41,586 nucleotides of DNA from a virus. Its lineage: Duplodnaviria; Caudoviricetes. Position numbers and translations under genes: made by a program. Position 1 is the stretch's first letter. Every line of letters starts with the position of its first letter. The DNA is taken from positions 1 to 41,586 of IMG/VR virus record IMGVR_UViG_3300003086_000041, one strand, 5' to 3'. This document shows, one piece after another, positions 27,501 to 35,889 of this stretch. Under the pieces are notes generated by a model. That model did no database searches. It was not told where the DNA came from and saw only the letters and a list, made by a program, of their open reading frames with translations.

Positions 27501-30303
27501 TGGACAAAATTACTTTTGTTTAGAAGATAATACCTATACTGATAAAGCCTCTTGTGAGGCTGCTACTTATAATTGGCTAAGATCTTCTTATGACTATTTA
27601 AGTCATTATGAGGTACAATGGAGAATAAAAGGGGAAACCTGGAATACAATAGAGCATAATACTGAGAGTAATATTACTATTGATAATACTTACTCTTTAC
27701 CAGCTAGATGTGACAGTGGAGACTGTTTTGCAGATCCTACACTTACAAGCCAGACAACCTGTGTTGCAGCAGGCCACTCGTGGACATCTTATGGAACTAG
27801 TACAGATTGTACTACAGCAGGACATACTTGGCTTGCTGCAGGATTAGAATATGAAGTAAGAGTCAAAACTGTAAGTTTAGTAAACAATAAAAAGTCTCTT
27901 TGGACTACAGCCTCTAAAGTATTATATGGTAAGACGTTACCTCCAATGAATGTAGGTGGGTTATCTACTACTTGGGGAGTAGCTAAAGGACTGACAATAC
28001 ATTGGAAGTCTAATCCAGATATAGACTGGGCTTATTATGAAGTCCGCAAGGGATTAGTATGGGGTACAGCAACAGTAGTTGCCACTAATATTACCTCTAT
28101 TCATCATCAAGTAGGAGCTGTTGGTACAGGTAATCATACTTATTTACTTAAAGCGATTGACACTACGGGTAATTACTCTGTAGATGCTACTCCTATAAGT
28201 TATGTAGTATCTGAACCTAGTTCAGTTAGTTCTATAATTCACGTATTTAATATAGGGGATGTGAATATTACTTGGACTGCTCCAGGTACAGCCCCTCAAG
28301 GTATTAAAGAGTATGAAGTTAGAGAAGGAGCGAGTTGGGCTGCAGGTATTGATCCTAAGGTAGTTACTACTCCGTCTATAACTTACCCAGTTACTTGGGG
28401 TCCAGGTATATATGGATCAGTAGGTGTAGACTCTAAAACTTTTTGGATTGCTGCTAAGGACTATTCTGATAATTACGGGGTACCTAGTAGTTTTACATGT
28501 GTGATAGCTAGACCAAATCCAACTATTCTTACCTCTAGTATAACAGGCGCTAATGTAGTTCTTAATTGGACTACTCCTTCTTCAGATTTACCTATTGTAG
28601 ATTATGTACTGAGATATGGAGATGTTTGGGCTAGTTCTACAGATATTGCAATTAGTAAAGTTACAGATTGGACAACTAAAGTTACCTGGGGACCAACTAC
28701 TCCTAGGACTTTTTGGGTTACTTCTGTAGATTCAGCAGGAAATGAAGGTACCCCAGTCAGTATACCTATAGACGTAATAAAACCTGGTAAACCTACAGTA
28801 ACAAATACTTATAATACTGAAAACGTTCTTTTATCCTGGACCTCTACTTCTGCGGTTACTTTACCTATTGATACATATGAAATACGATATGGGGATACGT
28901 GGAGTAATGGACGGAACCTGTCTGGAGTTTTAGCAACAGATGCGTCATTCTCCCCAGAATTGAAATCCGGAACTACTAAATCAGTACGTTGTAGTTGGGG
29001 CCCATTTACTGGAGAGGCTACTAGAACATTCTGGGTTGCACCTATAGATACTGCAGGAAACTACGGAGATAAAGGATTTGTTGATGTTACAATAGACCAA
29101 CCTTCGGCCCCTAGTGGATTATCTGTAGAAGTCATTGATAACTATGTTAAGTTAGATTGGTCTGACCCTAGTTTAACTACTAGGCAGATGCCTATAGTAA
29201 ATTATAGAATCTCAAGATGTGATAGAGATGTCACAACTTGTACTCTAATAGATACAATAGAACAAGACTTACTGGGACCTGCTACTTTCGTTACTCGTTT
29301 TGAGTCAATTGGTGGCACATATAAGTATTTTATTGTTTCTATTGACTCAGCAGGTAATGAAAGTACTCCATTAACTTCAACTTCTAATGTTAATGAACCC
29401 GCAAACTTTGTACTACATCAACAAATAAATAGTTCTTTAGACCCTGACAAGCCAGTAAATGAGGCATACTGTTCTGGAGCAGTGGCAACTAATTCTACAG
29501 ACTGTATAGCTGGTGGTGGCAGTTGGGTAGTAGAAGATAAAATTCAAGTTACTGATATCTACAAAGGAGATAGTTTCCCAGCATTTGGACCAATAAATAA
29601 CACCGAGACTTGGGAACAACATTTCACTACTAGAAGTTGGAATAGTCCTGCGGATCAAGTATCTGCAGGATACCAATATTATATTGTAGCTAAAGCTGGT
29701 ACTGATGAATGTGAATATTACCATTCTTGGGATATTGGAGTTGAGTTATCTTCTTCTAATATTACAGTAACAATTGCGGCAAACTATAGAGATAATACCA
29801 CTACTACAGTTACTAAAGAAAATCATATTTATTGGACTAATAGTTTAGCTATTTATAACCAAGCATTGAATGATGTTACTGGCTGGAACTACTCAGGAGC
29901 AGCTTCTAGTACCTCAAGTGCTTCCGACTTTAGATATGTTAAAATTTATACTAAATTTACATCAGTTCCGACAAATGATATAGTTGAAATAGATAATGTT
30001 AAGTTTTTATTATCAATGTCAGAACAAACAGAATCTGGCTCTCATACTATCACTACTTTAGAAAAAGATACTGGAGTAAAAGTGTACGTAGATAGCACAG
30101 ACCCAACTAATGGTACACTATATAAATATGTGGATCTTAATGAAATTACTGTAAACTACAGTGGAACAGCAGGCAAGACCGCCATCTATGATTTTGTAGA
30201 TGAAGCTAACCCAGAGAGTTTTACAGTTTATATATATGATATAACAACAGGTAGTAGAACCGATGGTAATTTTACCTGGTCAGTTACTGGCGTTAGAGAC
30301 TAA
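24565..30303 (+). CDS. Tip attachment / central tail fibre protein, lambda gpJ-like, with FnIII repeats and insertions
   Basis: IDLVSEGEIEGL, YPNSAL, VKVPSNY, NPAWVYYD, EPRFACN, AFGCTSRGQAQRVGKW, then several W...Y.(V/I)R...AxDxxGN FnIII-like units. Confidence 0.93.
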   Translation: MEYIKKPIRGAGGGKGGGGGSAPTEDPNTLHSTGSAQVIDLVSEGEIEGLVDGAKSIFFDDTPLQDSAGNYNFEDVVWDARQGAQGQAYIPGFESVGTQKAVGIKIENSGATPGGVIRTLTNSNMDAIRVSLYTNTFSHQEDTGDIHGTKVEYEISFQVDNSGSWVTQGTFTKEGKTTARYDWSHRFDIPASWKTAGFSQVAIRIKRLTEDSDSQVIRNDIFWHTHTEIIDNKFSYPNSALMGIRLDAKQFGHVPRRGYEIKGVKVKVPSNYTPYDPNSTQVGDFLYSSIWDGTFDVKWTCNPAWVYYDLLTNDRYGLGQYLDDYNIDKWALYQIARYCDAVDDNGKYVGVPSGFMDGTTTKVEPRFACNLYLQGANEAYKVLNDLASIFRGLVYWDQGLVSAIQDAPKLPVFHFTESNVLGGDFTYTGSSKKARHNVVLVTWNDPANGYKQTVEYVEDREGIQRYGMVEKSVIAFGCTSRGQAQRVGKWILYTERLETEGISFATGFEGAPIRPGDLMKVSDKHRAGVRYGGRILPNVCSDTSYTSQTDCELGTTYTGTGLNDFIRTGSYTGDPADVYRFVVYLTPHVPKTHNIFVTNTSWFRDEALTEEYESCSDGSSSTPELCCTNNSGSWDAVNFTCAGSAEEWITLSSYDGDTYRFKNKDSSTAVVRETNLIFESPVLYEGDIWEYKTAKDFSAVLTAAAGLGLTYIENAHGTGIDLEFGATFLTSSMHDTFNIFINGSLDFASGVNIRMELGEQSYNYGIKYEFQNVIGHTTGDYWEWDARTWTVTDKGTICLDAPVELNGADDMNFSIIKPDDRCTNQDGSTNASYTSKVACMGAGKNWDEASYIVTKDVTIDPGASTYSTNIIHLESDLDFDPLPMQVWTLERIGQVESQLYRVVAITEDDLNKFTVTGLEYNESKFNAIELGDEIEVTSISERMPWGTAPPSITDINITEELYSNVNTIRNRMHVSWVAPGQNYFCLEDNTYTDKASCEAATYNWLRSSYDYLSHYEVQWRIKGETWNTIEHNTESNITIDNTYSLPARCDSGDCFADPTLTSQTTCVAAGHSWTSYGTSTDCTTAGHTWLAAGLEYEVRVKTVSLVNNKKSLWTTASKVLYGKTLPPMNVGGLSTTWGVAKGLTIHWKSNPDIDWAYYEVRKGLVWGTATVVATNITSIHHQVGAVGTGNHTYLLKAIDTTGNYSVDATPISYVVSEPSSVSSIIHVFNIGDVNITWTAPGTAPQGIKEYEVREGASWAAGIDPKVVTTPSITYPVTWGPGIYGSVGVDSKTFWIAAKDYSDNYGVPSSFTCVIARPNPTILTSSITGANVVLNWTTPSSDLPIVDYVLRYGDVWASSTDIAISKVTDWTTKVTWGPTTPRTFWVTSVDSAGNEGTPVSIPIDVIKPGKPTVTNTYNTENVLLSWTSTSAVTLPIDTYEIRYGDTWSNGRNLSGVLATDASFSPELKSGTTKSVRCSWGPFTGEATRTFWVAPIDTAGNYGDKGFVDVTIDQPSAPSGLSVEVIDNYVKLDWSDPSLTTRQMPIVNYRISRCDRDVTTCTLIDTIEQDLLGPATFVTRFESIGGTYKYFIVSIDSAGNESTPLTSTSNVNEPANFVLHQQINSSLDPDKPVNEAYCSGAVATNSTDCIAGGGSWVVEDKIQVTDIYKGDSFPAFGPINNTETWEQHFTTRSWNSPADQVSAGYQYYIVAKAGTDECEYYHSWDIGVELSSSNITVTIAANYRDNTTTTVTKENHIYWTNSLAIYNQALNDVTGWNYSGAASSTSSASDFRYVKIYTKFTSVPTNDIVEIDNVKFLLSMSEQTESGSHTITTLEKDTGVKVYVDSTDPTNGTLYKYVDLNEITVNYSGTAGKTAIYDFVDEANPESFTVYIYDITTGSRTDGNFTWSVTGVRD

Positions 30304-30320
30304 TAAAGGAGTAATAAAAA

Positions 30321-31439
30321 ATGGCAAATTGGGATAATCCAACACTATCTAGTTTATACACAGATTTTGTAGATGAAGTAAAAAATAGGGATTCTGATGC
30401 CGCTAGACAGTTTAGAGTATATGGTACTAATACCTTCACAGGTTCAGGAACTACAGTAGTAGGTACTATTAGATTTGACGGAACTAAGTGGCTAACTTGG
30501 AATGGTACATTATGGGAGGCTTTAGTTTCTGAGTATGATATTAATGTAACTACACTTAAAACATTCGCACCCTCTACTACTGGTGGAGCTAATACGATTC
30601 CTCTGTGTAATAATAATACACAGTTACAATTAAGTGCAGACTTATTGGACGGATTTCATGCGGGAAATGTTTCAGGTGCAATTCCTATATCTAACGGTAC
30701 CTTGAATGTAAACTTAAATTCGGACCTATTAGATAGTAAAACTGCTGGTAATGCGAACGGTAATATTCCTATTTCTAATAGTACCGTATGTGTAAACTTA
30801 AACGCAGATATGTTAGATGGTAATAATGCTAGTAACGCTAGTGGTGATATTCCTATATCTAACGGCATTAAAAATGTCAATCTAAATGCAGATATGCTAG
30901 ATGGGTTGACTTCTGGTAATGATACTGGGAATATACCTGTTTCTAATGGTACCCTGAACGTCAATTTAAATGCAGACATGGTAGATAGTAAAACTGTTGG
31001 TAATGCTAATGGTAATATTCCGATATCTAACGGAGCAGTTAATACCAACTTAAATGCAGATATGTTAGATGGTAACAGTGCTGCCTACTTTTCAGCAGCA
31101 CATACCCATCCTTATCTACCTACCGCAGGGGGTACAATAACAGGAGATTTAACTATTACAGGTACTCTTACGGAAAGTTCAGATATTGCTTTAAAGTACG
31201 ATATTAATCCTATAGAGAACGCTTTAGATTCTATAAATAAATTAAAAGGATCTACATATAGATGGAAGTCAAATGATAAGTCTTCTATCGGTTTAATAGC
31301 CCAAGAAGTTGCTACAGTATTACCAGATGCAGTTACATACAATGAAGATGGAGAGGCTAATGGGGTACAATACACTAGGCTTATTGCTGTTTTAATTGAA
31401 GCAGTAAAAGATTTAAACAAAAAATTGGAGAATAAATAA
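30321..31439 (+). CDS. Tail fibre with 28-aa repeats and C-terminal intramolecular chaperone (peptidase S74-type)
   Basis: AAGGAG RBS; SDIALKYDINPI (S-D-x-x-x-K autocleavage pattern), GLIAQEV, YTRLIAVLIEAVKDL. Confidence 0.88.
   Translation: MANWDNPTLSSLYTDFVDEVKNRDSDAARQFRVYGTNTFTGSGTTVVGTIRFDGTKWLTWNGTLWEALVSEYDINVTTLKTFAPSTTGGANTIPLCNNNTQLQLSADLLDGFHAGNVSGAIPISNGTLNVNLNSDLLDSKTAGNANGNIPISNSTVCVNLNADMLDGNNASNASGDIPISNGIKNVNLNADMLDGLTSGNDTGNIPVSNGTLNVNLNADMVDSKTVGNANGNIPISNGAVNTNLNADMLDGNSAAYFSAAHTHPYLPTAGGTITGDLTITGTLTESSDIALKYDINPIENALDSINKLKGSTYRWKSNDKSSIGLIAQEVATVLPDAVTYNEDGEANGVQYTRLIAVLIEAVKDLNKKLENK
30636..31073 (+). repeat. 84-bp tandem repeat, five full units plus a partial
   Basis: (A/S)D(M/L)LD(G/S)xxxGNxxGxIPISNGxxNVNLN. 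Confidence 0.92.
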
Positions 31440-31783
31440 TGCCAGCAGGAACACATAATATTATTATTGAAAAGGGAGCATCTTTCGACTTGGCTCTTAC
31501 TGTAGAGCAACCTGCAGGTACTCCCTTAGATATATCAAATCATACTATTAGGGGGCAAGTTCGTAGAGACTTGTACGAGCCCACTATTAATGCAACCTTT
31601 GTTGCTACTAAGCCAGGAGGAGGTACAGATGGAAAGTTTGTAGTTACTATACTTCCTGCAGATACAGATACTATGATTTCTGGTATGAATGTATATGATA
31701 TAGAATTAGAGGAAAATAGCACAGGGGTGATAATGCGACTTTTGGAGGGCCGTGCTGACGTCAGAGAAGGGGTAACAAAATGA
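31439..31783 (+). CDS. Virion accessory protein (BppU N-terminal-like beta domain)
   Basis: IIIEKGASF...PLDIS...GQVR...VYDIEL...RLLEG pattern common in fibre clusters; TAATG coupling. Confidence 0.65.
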   Translation: MPAGTHNIIIEKGASFDLALTVEQPAGTPLDISNHTIRGQVRRDLYEPTINATFVATKPGGGTDGKFVVTILPADTDTMISGMNVYDIELEENSTGVIMRLLEGRADVREGVTK

Positions 31784-32160
31784 TAGATGTTAACCTTACA
31801 GTAACTGTATCACCTGTTATTGATGTAACTGTTGAGACTACTGGGGGAGTAGTCACAGCTATTACAGAGCAGGTTACAGTAGTTACTTCCTCTGAATTAT
31901 CCTTTAGTCAGTTAGCTCAATATGTTACTTATGCACCACAGGGGACTATGGTTTCTCAGACAGTGCAGGATGCTATTACAGAATTATCAGAGAATTTATT
32001 TCAACAGGGTACAGAACCTACAACTGGAGTCAATGAAGGAGATTTATGGTTTGATACAACAAATGATAAGCTGATGGTATACAGTACTATTAGTGGCGTA
32101 TCTACTTGGGAAGAAGTGATTATGCAAAACCAGGGTACGGTAGACGGTGGTGAGTTCTAA
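31780..32160 (+). CDS. Hypothetical fibre-associated protein
   Basis: TVQDAITEL, EPTT...EGDLWFDT and terminal VDGGEF motifs; ATGA coupling. Confidence 0.65.
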   Translation: MIDVNLTVTVSPVIDVTVETTGGVVTAITEQVTVVTSSELSFSQLAQYVTYAPQGTMVSQTVQDAITELSENLFQQGTEPTTGVNEGDLWFDTTNDKLMVYSTISGVSTWEEVIMQNQGTVDGGEF

Positions 32161-32189
32161 AAATTACTACTATTTTTAGAGAGGTGAGG

Positions 32190-32229
32190 AAAAAATTTAC
32201 TTGACATTTATGATATAATTAGGTATAAT
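32190..32229 (+). promoter_or_regulatory. Consensus sigma70 promoter with UP element
   Basis: AAAAAATTTAC, TTGACA (32201-32206), 17 nt, TATAAT (32224-32229). Confidence 0.9.
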
Positions 32230-32268
32230 GTATTTATAAACTCGAGTCCTAAATAGGATTTTATTAAG

Positions 32269-33108
32269 ATGGCTAGATCAAACACGATAGTACTAAAGAG
32301 AACAAATGTTCCCGGTAAGATACCAAGTACTCTTAATTTGACTAAACCTGGCGAAGTCGCCGTAAACTTAGCAGATAATAAGTTATTTGTGAGGAATACG
32401 ACTGACCAGATCGTTGAGTTAACCAGCCAGCCGATTGGCAATGCTTCAGATGTAACCATTACATCTCCAGTAGATGGGCAAGTACTAAGATTTAGAAGTT
32501 CAACTAATGAGTGGGAATCTTCGAACTCTTTACGCGTACAGTCGAAAGACGGTACCGTTTCTGTAGATAATACTGAAGTACTTAAGTTCGATCAAAATAC
32601 AGGGTTAAAGGTAACAGATTTAGGGGACCATACTGTTGAAATCAGCATTGGTTCACACTGGAAAAATTTAGAAGTAGACGGAGAGTCTACGCTAATACCA
32701 ATTGGTGAAGAAACTTTACGTTTCATAGCAGGTACTGGATTAGCAATAAAAACAGATAGTTCAACCGCTCCTAAGAGCATCGAGTTTATAGCAAACGAAC
32801 CTTATCTGAATGCCTTACAAGACGTTGTATTAGATCACACACCGCCCGTAAATGGAGAGATATTAAAGTGGAGCAATAACGCCTGGAGATTATCTACTGG
32901 TGTAGATATTCAACGGTTCGATTTTGGTACTCCAAGTTTTACTTGGAATATAACTCACAATCAGGGTACAGATCAATTTATAGAGAGAATAGTTAGAGGA
33001 GACGGAATGCCTATGTTTGCTAACATAGATGTTACTGATCTGAATAACTTTAAAGTGTATTTTACTGAAGAAGTAACGGGACATATTGACGTTATATTTT
33101 CAGGATAG
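32269..33108 (+). CDS. Fibre connector-like protein
   Basis: N-terminal IVLKRT.VPGKIP.....GEVAVNLADNKLF resembles long-tail-fibre N-termini; DV......G..L.W repeats; C-terminal WNITHN domain. Confidence 0.65.
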   Translation: MARSNTIVLKRTNVPGKIPSTLNLTKPGEVAVNLADNKLFVRNTTDQIVELTSQPIGNASDVTITSPVDGQVLRFRSSTNEWESSNSLRVQSKDGTVSVDNTEVLKFDQNTGLKVTDLGDHTVEISIGSHWKNLEVDGESTLIPIGEETLRFIAGTGLAIKTDSSTAPKSIEFIANEPYLNALQDVVLDHTPPVNGEILKWSNNAWRLSTGVDIQRFDFGTPSFTWNITHNQGTDQFIERIVRGDGMPMFANIDVTDLNNFKVYFTEEVTGHIDVIFSG

Positions 33109-33123
33109 AAAGGAAGAGAATAA

Positions 33124-33333
33124 ATGAATGAAATAAAAATACCACGAACGGAGCTACACTTAGCTGCCTATGTTAAAAGTCATGGGGCTAGTTTTATTGA
33201 CTTCGCAAATGGGTGCTTTATATTTGAGAGCGATACTACTGAGAATGAGTGGAGAGTTGCCCATAGCAATAGTTGTTGTTTAAAGACAGATGTAGAGTTA
33301 TTTACTTTAAAGAAGTTTTTACCCCGACGCTAA
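33124..33333 (+). CDS. Small hypothetical protein (DUF5659-like pattern)
   Basis: TELHLAAYVKSHG...FIF pattern; AAGGA upstream. Confidence 0.55.
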   Translation: MNEIKIPRTELHLAAYVKSHGASFIDFANGCFIFESDTTENEWRVAHSNSCCLKTDVELFTLKKFLPRR

Positions 33334-33388
33334 AGAGACGTATAGAGATGAAATAATTTTATAAATATATTACTTAGGAGGTAATAAT

Positions 33389-35374
33389 ATGCCAACATAC
33401 CCAATTCATCACGGTATTACGCTTGCAAGCGGTTCGGAAATAGAAAACGTTGTAGTTGAAACTTTAGCTAACGACCCTTCCCCGCTTGTAACCGGACGTG
33501 TATGGTACAACTCAACCACGGGCAGCTTAAAAGTTGCATTAGGTAACCCAGCAGCAGCTTGCGAATTAGCTTGCGGTGCTGACGTAGATTCTGCAATTGC
33601 AGCACTTAAAACAGACCTTGAAGGTCAATTAGCCATTTTAGATGGTAACACATATAGTAAAACTGAAACAGACGCTGCAATTACTGCATCTGTAGACGCA
33701 TTAGTATCAGGTGCTCCAGGGCTACTGGATACTTTAAATGAATTAGCTGCCGCAATTGGCGACGATGCTAACTTTGTTACTACTATTCAGTCACAAATTG
33801 CTGCAGAAGCAGCTACTGCTAGAGCAGCTGAAGGTGTACTACAAGGTAACATTGACGCAGAAGCTACTCGCGCTGGTTTAGCCGAAGCAGCTAATGCTAG
33901 TAACATTATTGCTGAAGCGTTAGCTCGTGCTACTGCTGATGGTAACTTAGGATCATTAACTACTTCTGCTCAAGGTAACTTAGTAGACGCAGTTAACGAA
34001 GTAAATAGTGATATTACAGCACTACAGAATGAAGTTAATACTACTCAAGCTGGTTCAGGACTAGATACAACAGGTTCTTATGTTCCACATGAACAAGGTT
34101 CTTCTTCTTTCATTAGTACTGCTACTTCACTACATGACTGTGACTTAAAACTAGATGCTCAAACAGCTACTAATACTACTGCTATAGCTCAAGAAGTTTC
34201 AGATAGATCTGCTGCTTTTGTTACTGAAATAGCTGCACGTGGTGCTGCTGACGCTGTATTACAAGGTCAGATAGATAGTAATGACACTGATATTGCTACT
34301 GCTAATACTAATATTGCTACTAATGTTGCTGATATTGCTACTAATGCTGCTGCAATCGCTGTTAATGCTGCTAATATAATCTCTCATGATGCTACAATGC
34401 AAAATGAGCTTGATGCTACGCAAGCTGGAGCTGGTTTAGCCGCTTCTGGTGCTTATAGTGCTAATGCTGCTATGGTTTATATCGGTGCTGCTACAGACTT
34501 GGCTGATGCTGATGAGAAGTTAGACACTCAAGCTAAGGTTAATGCTGATGCAATTGCTGCGGAAACTACTGCTCGTGGTAATGCAGATAATGCAATTACT
34601 GCAGTCACTACGGCTAATACTAATGCTAATACTGCTACACAAGCTGAGCTTGATGCTGTAGAAGCTGCTGCTGGTCTAGGAACTAATGGTTCTTATTCTG
34701 CTAATGTTAGTGCTAACTTTATTGCAGGCGCTACTACACTTGTAGCTGCAGATGATTTATTAGATGCACAGGTTAAAGTTAATACAGATGGTTTAGCTAC
34801 TGAAACAGCTGCTCGTATTTTAGCTGATTCTGGTTTACAAACTTCAATCACTGCTAATGCTAGTTCTGCAGCTGCTAATGCAGCTTCAATTTCTGCTGAG
34901 ACTACTCGTGCAACAGCTGCTGAAGGTGTAAACGCAGGTAATATTGCTACTAATGTGACTTCAATTGCTACTAATGCTACTGCAATTTCTACTGAGACTA
35001 CTCGTGCTGGTAATGCTGAAACTAGTTTAGCTACAGATATTACTACTGAAGCTACAGCTCGTTCTAATGCAGATGCCGCTCTACAAATCTTAGTTGATTC
35101 TAATACATCAGCAATTGGTGCACAGAATTTGTCGATTCGTGGTGATTACAATGCTACAGTATACACGTATCAGTCAGGTGCTTCATCATTGGTTCACGCT
35201 ATCCCTCATAACTTAAATAGTACTTTCGTTGAGATAAGTGTATTTATGTTCTCTGGTGGTAAGTGGCAGAATGATATTGCATTGATAGAAGAAGTAGATG
35301 CTAATAACTTAACAATCACTATGACAGATAGTAGAGATGTTAAAGTTGTAGTTAGATCTGCTGCTGATATCTAA
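33389..35374 (+). CDS. Ala-rich coiled-coil fibre protein
   Basis: AGGAGG RBS; GAPGLLDTLNELAAAIGDD motif; many AExxxR heptads; three internal ELDATQAGAGL-type repeats; C-terminal IPHNL domain; strong GCT/ACT codon bias. Confidence 0.8.
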   Translation: MPTYPIHHGITLASGSEIENVVVETLANDPSPLVTGRVWYNSTTGSLKVALGNPAAACELACGADVDSAIAALKTDLEGQLAILDGNTYSKTETDAAITASVDALVSGAPGLLDTLNELAAAIGDDANFVTTIQSQIAAEAATARAAEGVLQGNIDAEATRAGLAEAANASNIIAEALARATADGNLGSLTTSAQGNLVDAVNEVNSDITALQNEVNTTQAGSGLDTTGSYVPHEQGSSSFISTATSLHDCDLKLDAQTATNTTAIAQEVSDRSAAFVTEIAARGAADAVLQGQIDSNDTDIATANTNIATNVADIATNAAAIAVNAANIISHDATMQNELDATQAGAGLAASGAYSANAAMVYIGAATDLADADEKLDTQAKVNADAIAAETTARGNADNAITAVTTANTNANTATQAELDAVEAAAGLGTNGSYSANVSANFIAGATTLVAADDLLDAQVKVNTDGLATETAARILADSGLQTSITANASSAAANAASISAETTRATAAEGVNAGNIATNVTSIATNATAISTETTRAGNAETSLATDITTEATARSNADAALQILVDSNTSAIGAQNLSIRGDYNATVYTYQSGASSLVHAIPHNLNSTFVEISVFMFSGGKWQNDIALIEEVDANNLTITMTDSRDVKVVVRSAADI

Positions 35375-35389
35375 GTAGATACATAGCTA

Positions 35390-35486
35390 AGGTGGGCGCG
35401 TGCTGTGCTCACCTACTTAACAATGAGAAAAGTAGCATCTACCAATCCACAAGTACCTTTAACACCTTGTTGATTGGTAGATGCTA
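35390..35486 (+). promoter_or_regulatory. Two consecutive RNA hairpins
   Basis: AGGTGGGCGCG/TGTGCTCACCT stem (35390-35414, three G-U pairs). TAGCATCTACCAATC/GATTGGTAGATGCTA perfect 15-bp stem, extended by ACAAG/CTTGT (35433-35486). Confidence 0.75.
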
Positions 35487-35647
35487 TGAGAAACAAAGAG
35501 ATAGACGAACATTTAGATAAATTAGATAAGGAAATAGAAATTCTTATGAAAGACATATCTGAACTATCGAATAAAGAGGTCCTGGATAGAATTAACTATA
35601 TTTCATATAGTTATCATACTGTTGGATCACTATTCAAAGAATTATGA
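35486..35647 (+). CDS. 53-aa hypothetical protein, not in the ORF track
   Basis: MRNKEIDEHLDKLDKEIEILMKDISELSNKEVLDRINYISYSYHTVGSLFKEL; ATGA overlap with the next ORF. Confidence 0.6.
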   Translation: MRNKEIDEHLDKLDKEIEILMKDISELSNKEVLDRINYISYSYHTVGSLFKEL

Positions 35648-35886
35648 ATAAGCAAGAGGAGCAAGGAATATATTCCTGGCTCAGCAAGGTTAGGCAGAAT
35701 TTGTTGGCTTTTAAAGCTACGTACCCATCATACTCAATAAAGTATAATTCAAGATGGTGTACAGAACAGAAACAGTCTTTATACTACGCGACAAAATCAC
35801 TAACTAGCGCCGCTTATTTCAAGGGATTAGACCCTAGGTCTATGAAGAATAAACAGGCAAATTATAAATATACTAAAGGAAAATAG
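35644..35886 (+). CDS. Hypothetical basic protein
   Basis: Fills the gap, ATGA-coupled, ends 3 nt before the next gene. Confidence 0.55.
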   Translation: MNKQEEQGIYSWLSKVRQNLLAFKATYPSYSIKYNSRWCTEQKQSLYYATKSLTSAAYFKGLDPRSMKNKQANYKYTKGK

Positions 35887-35889
35887 AAT

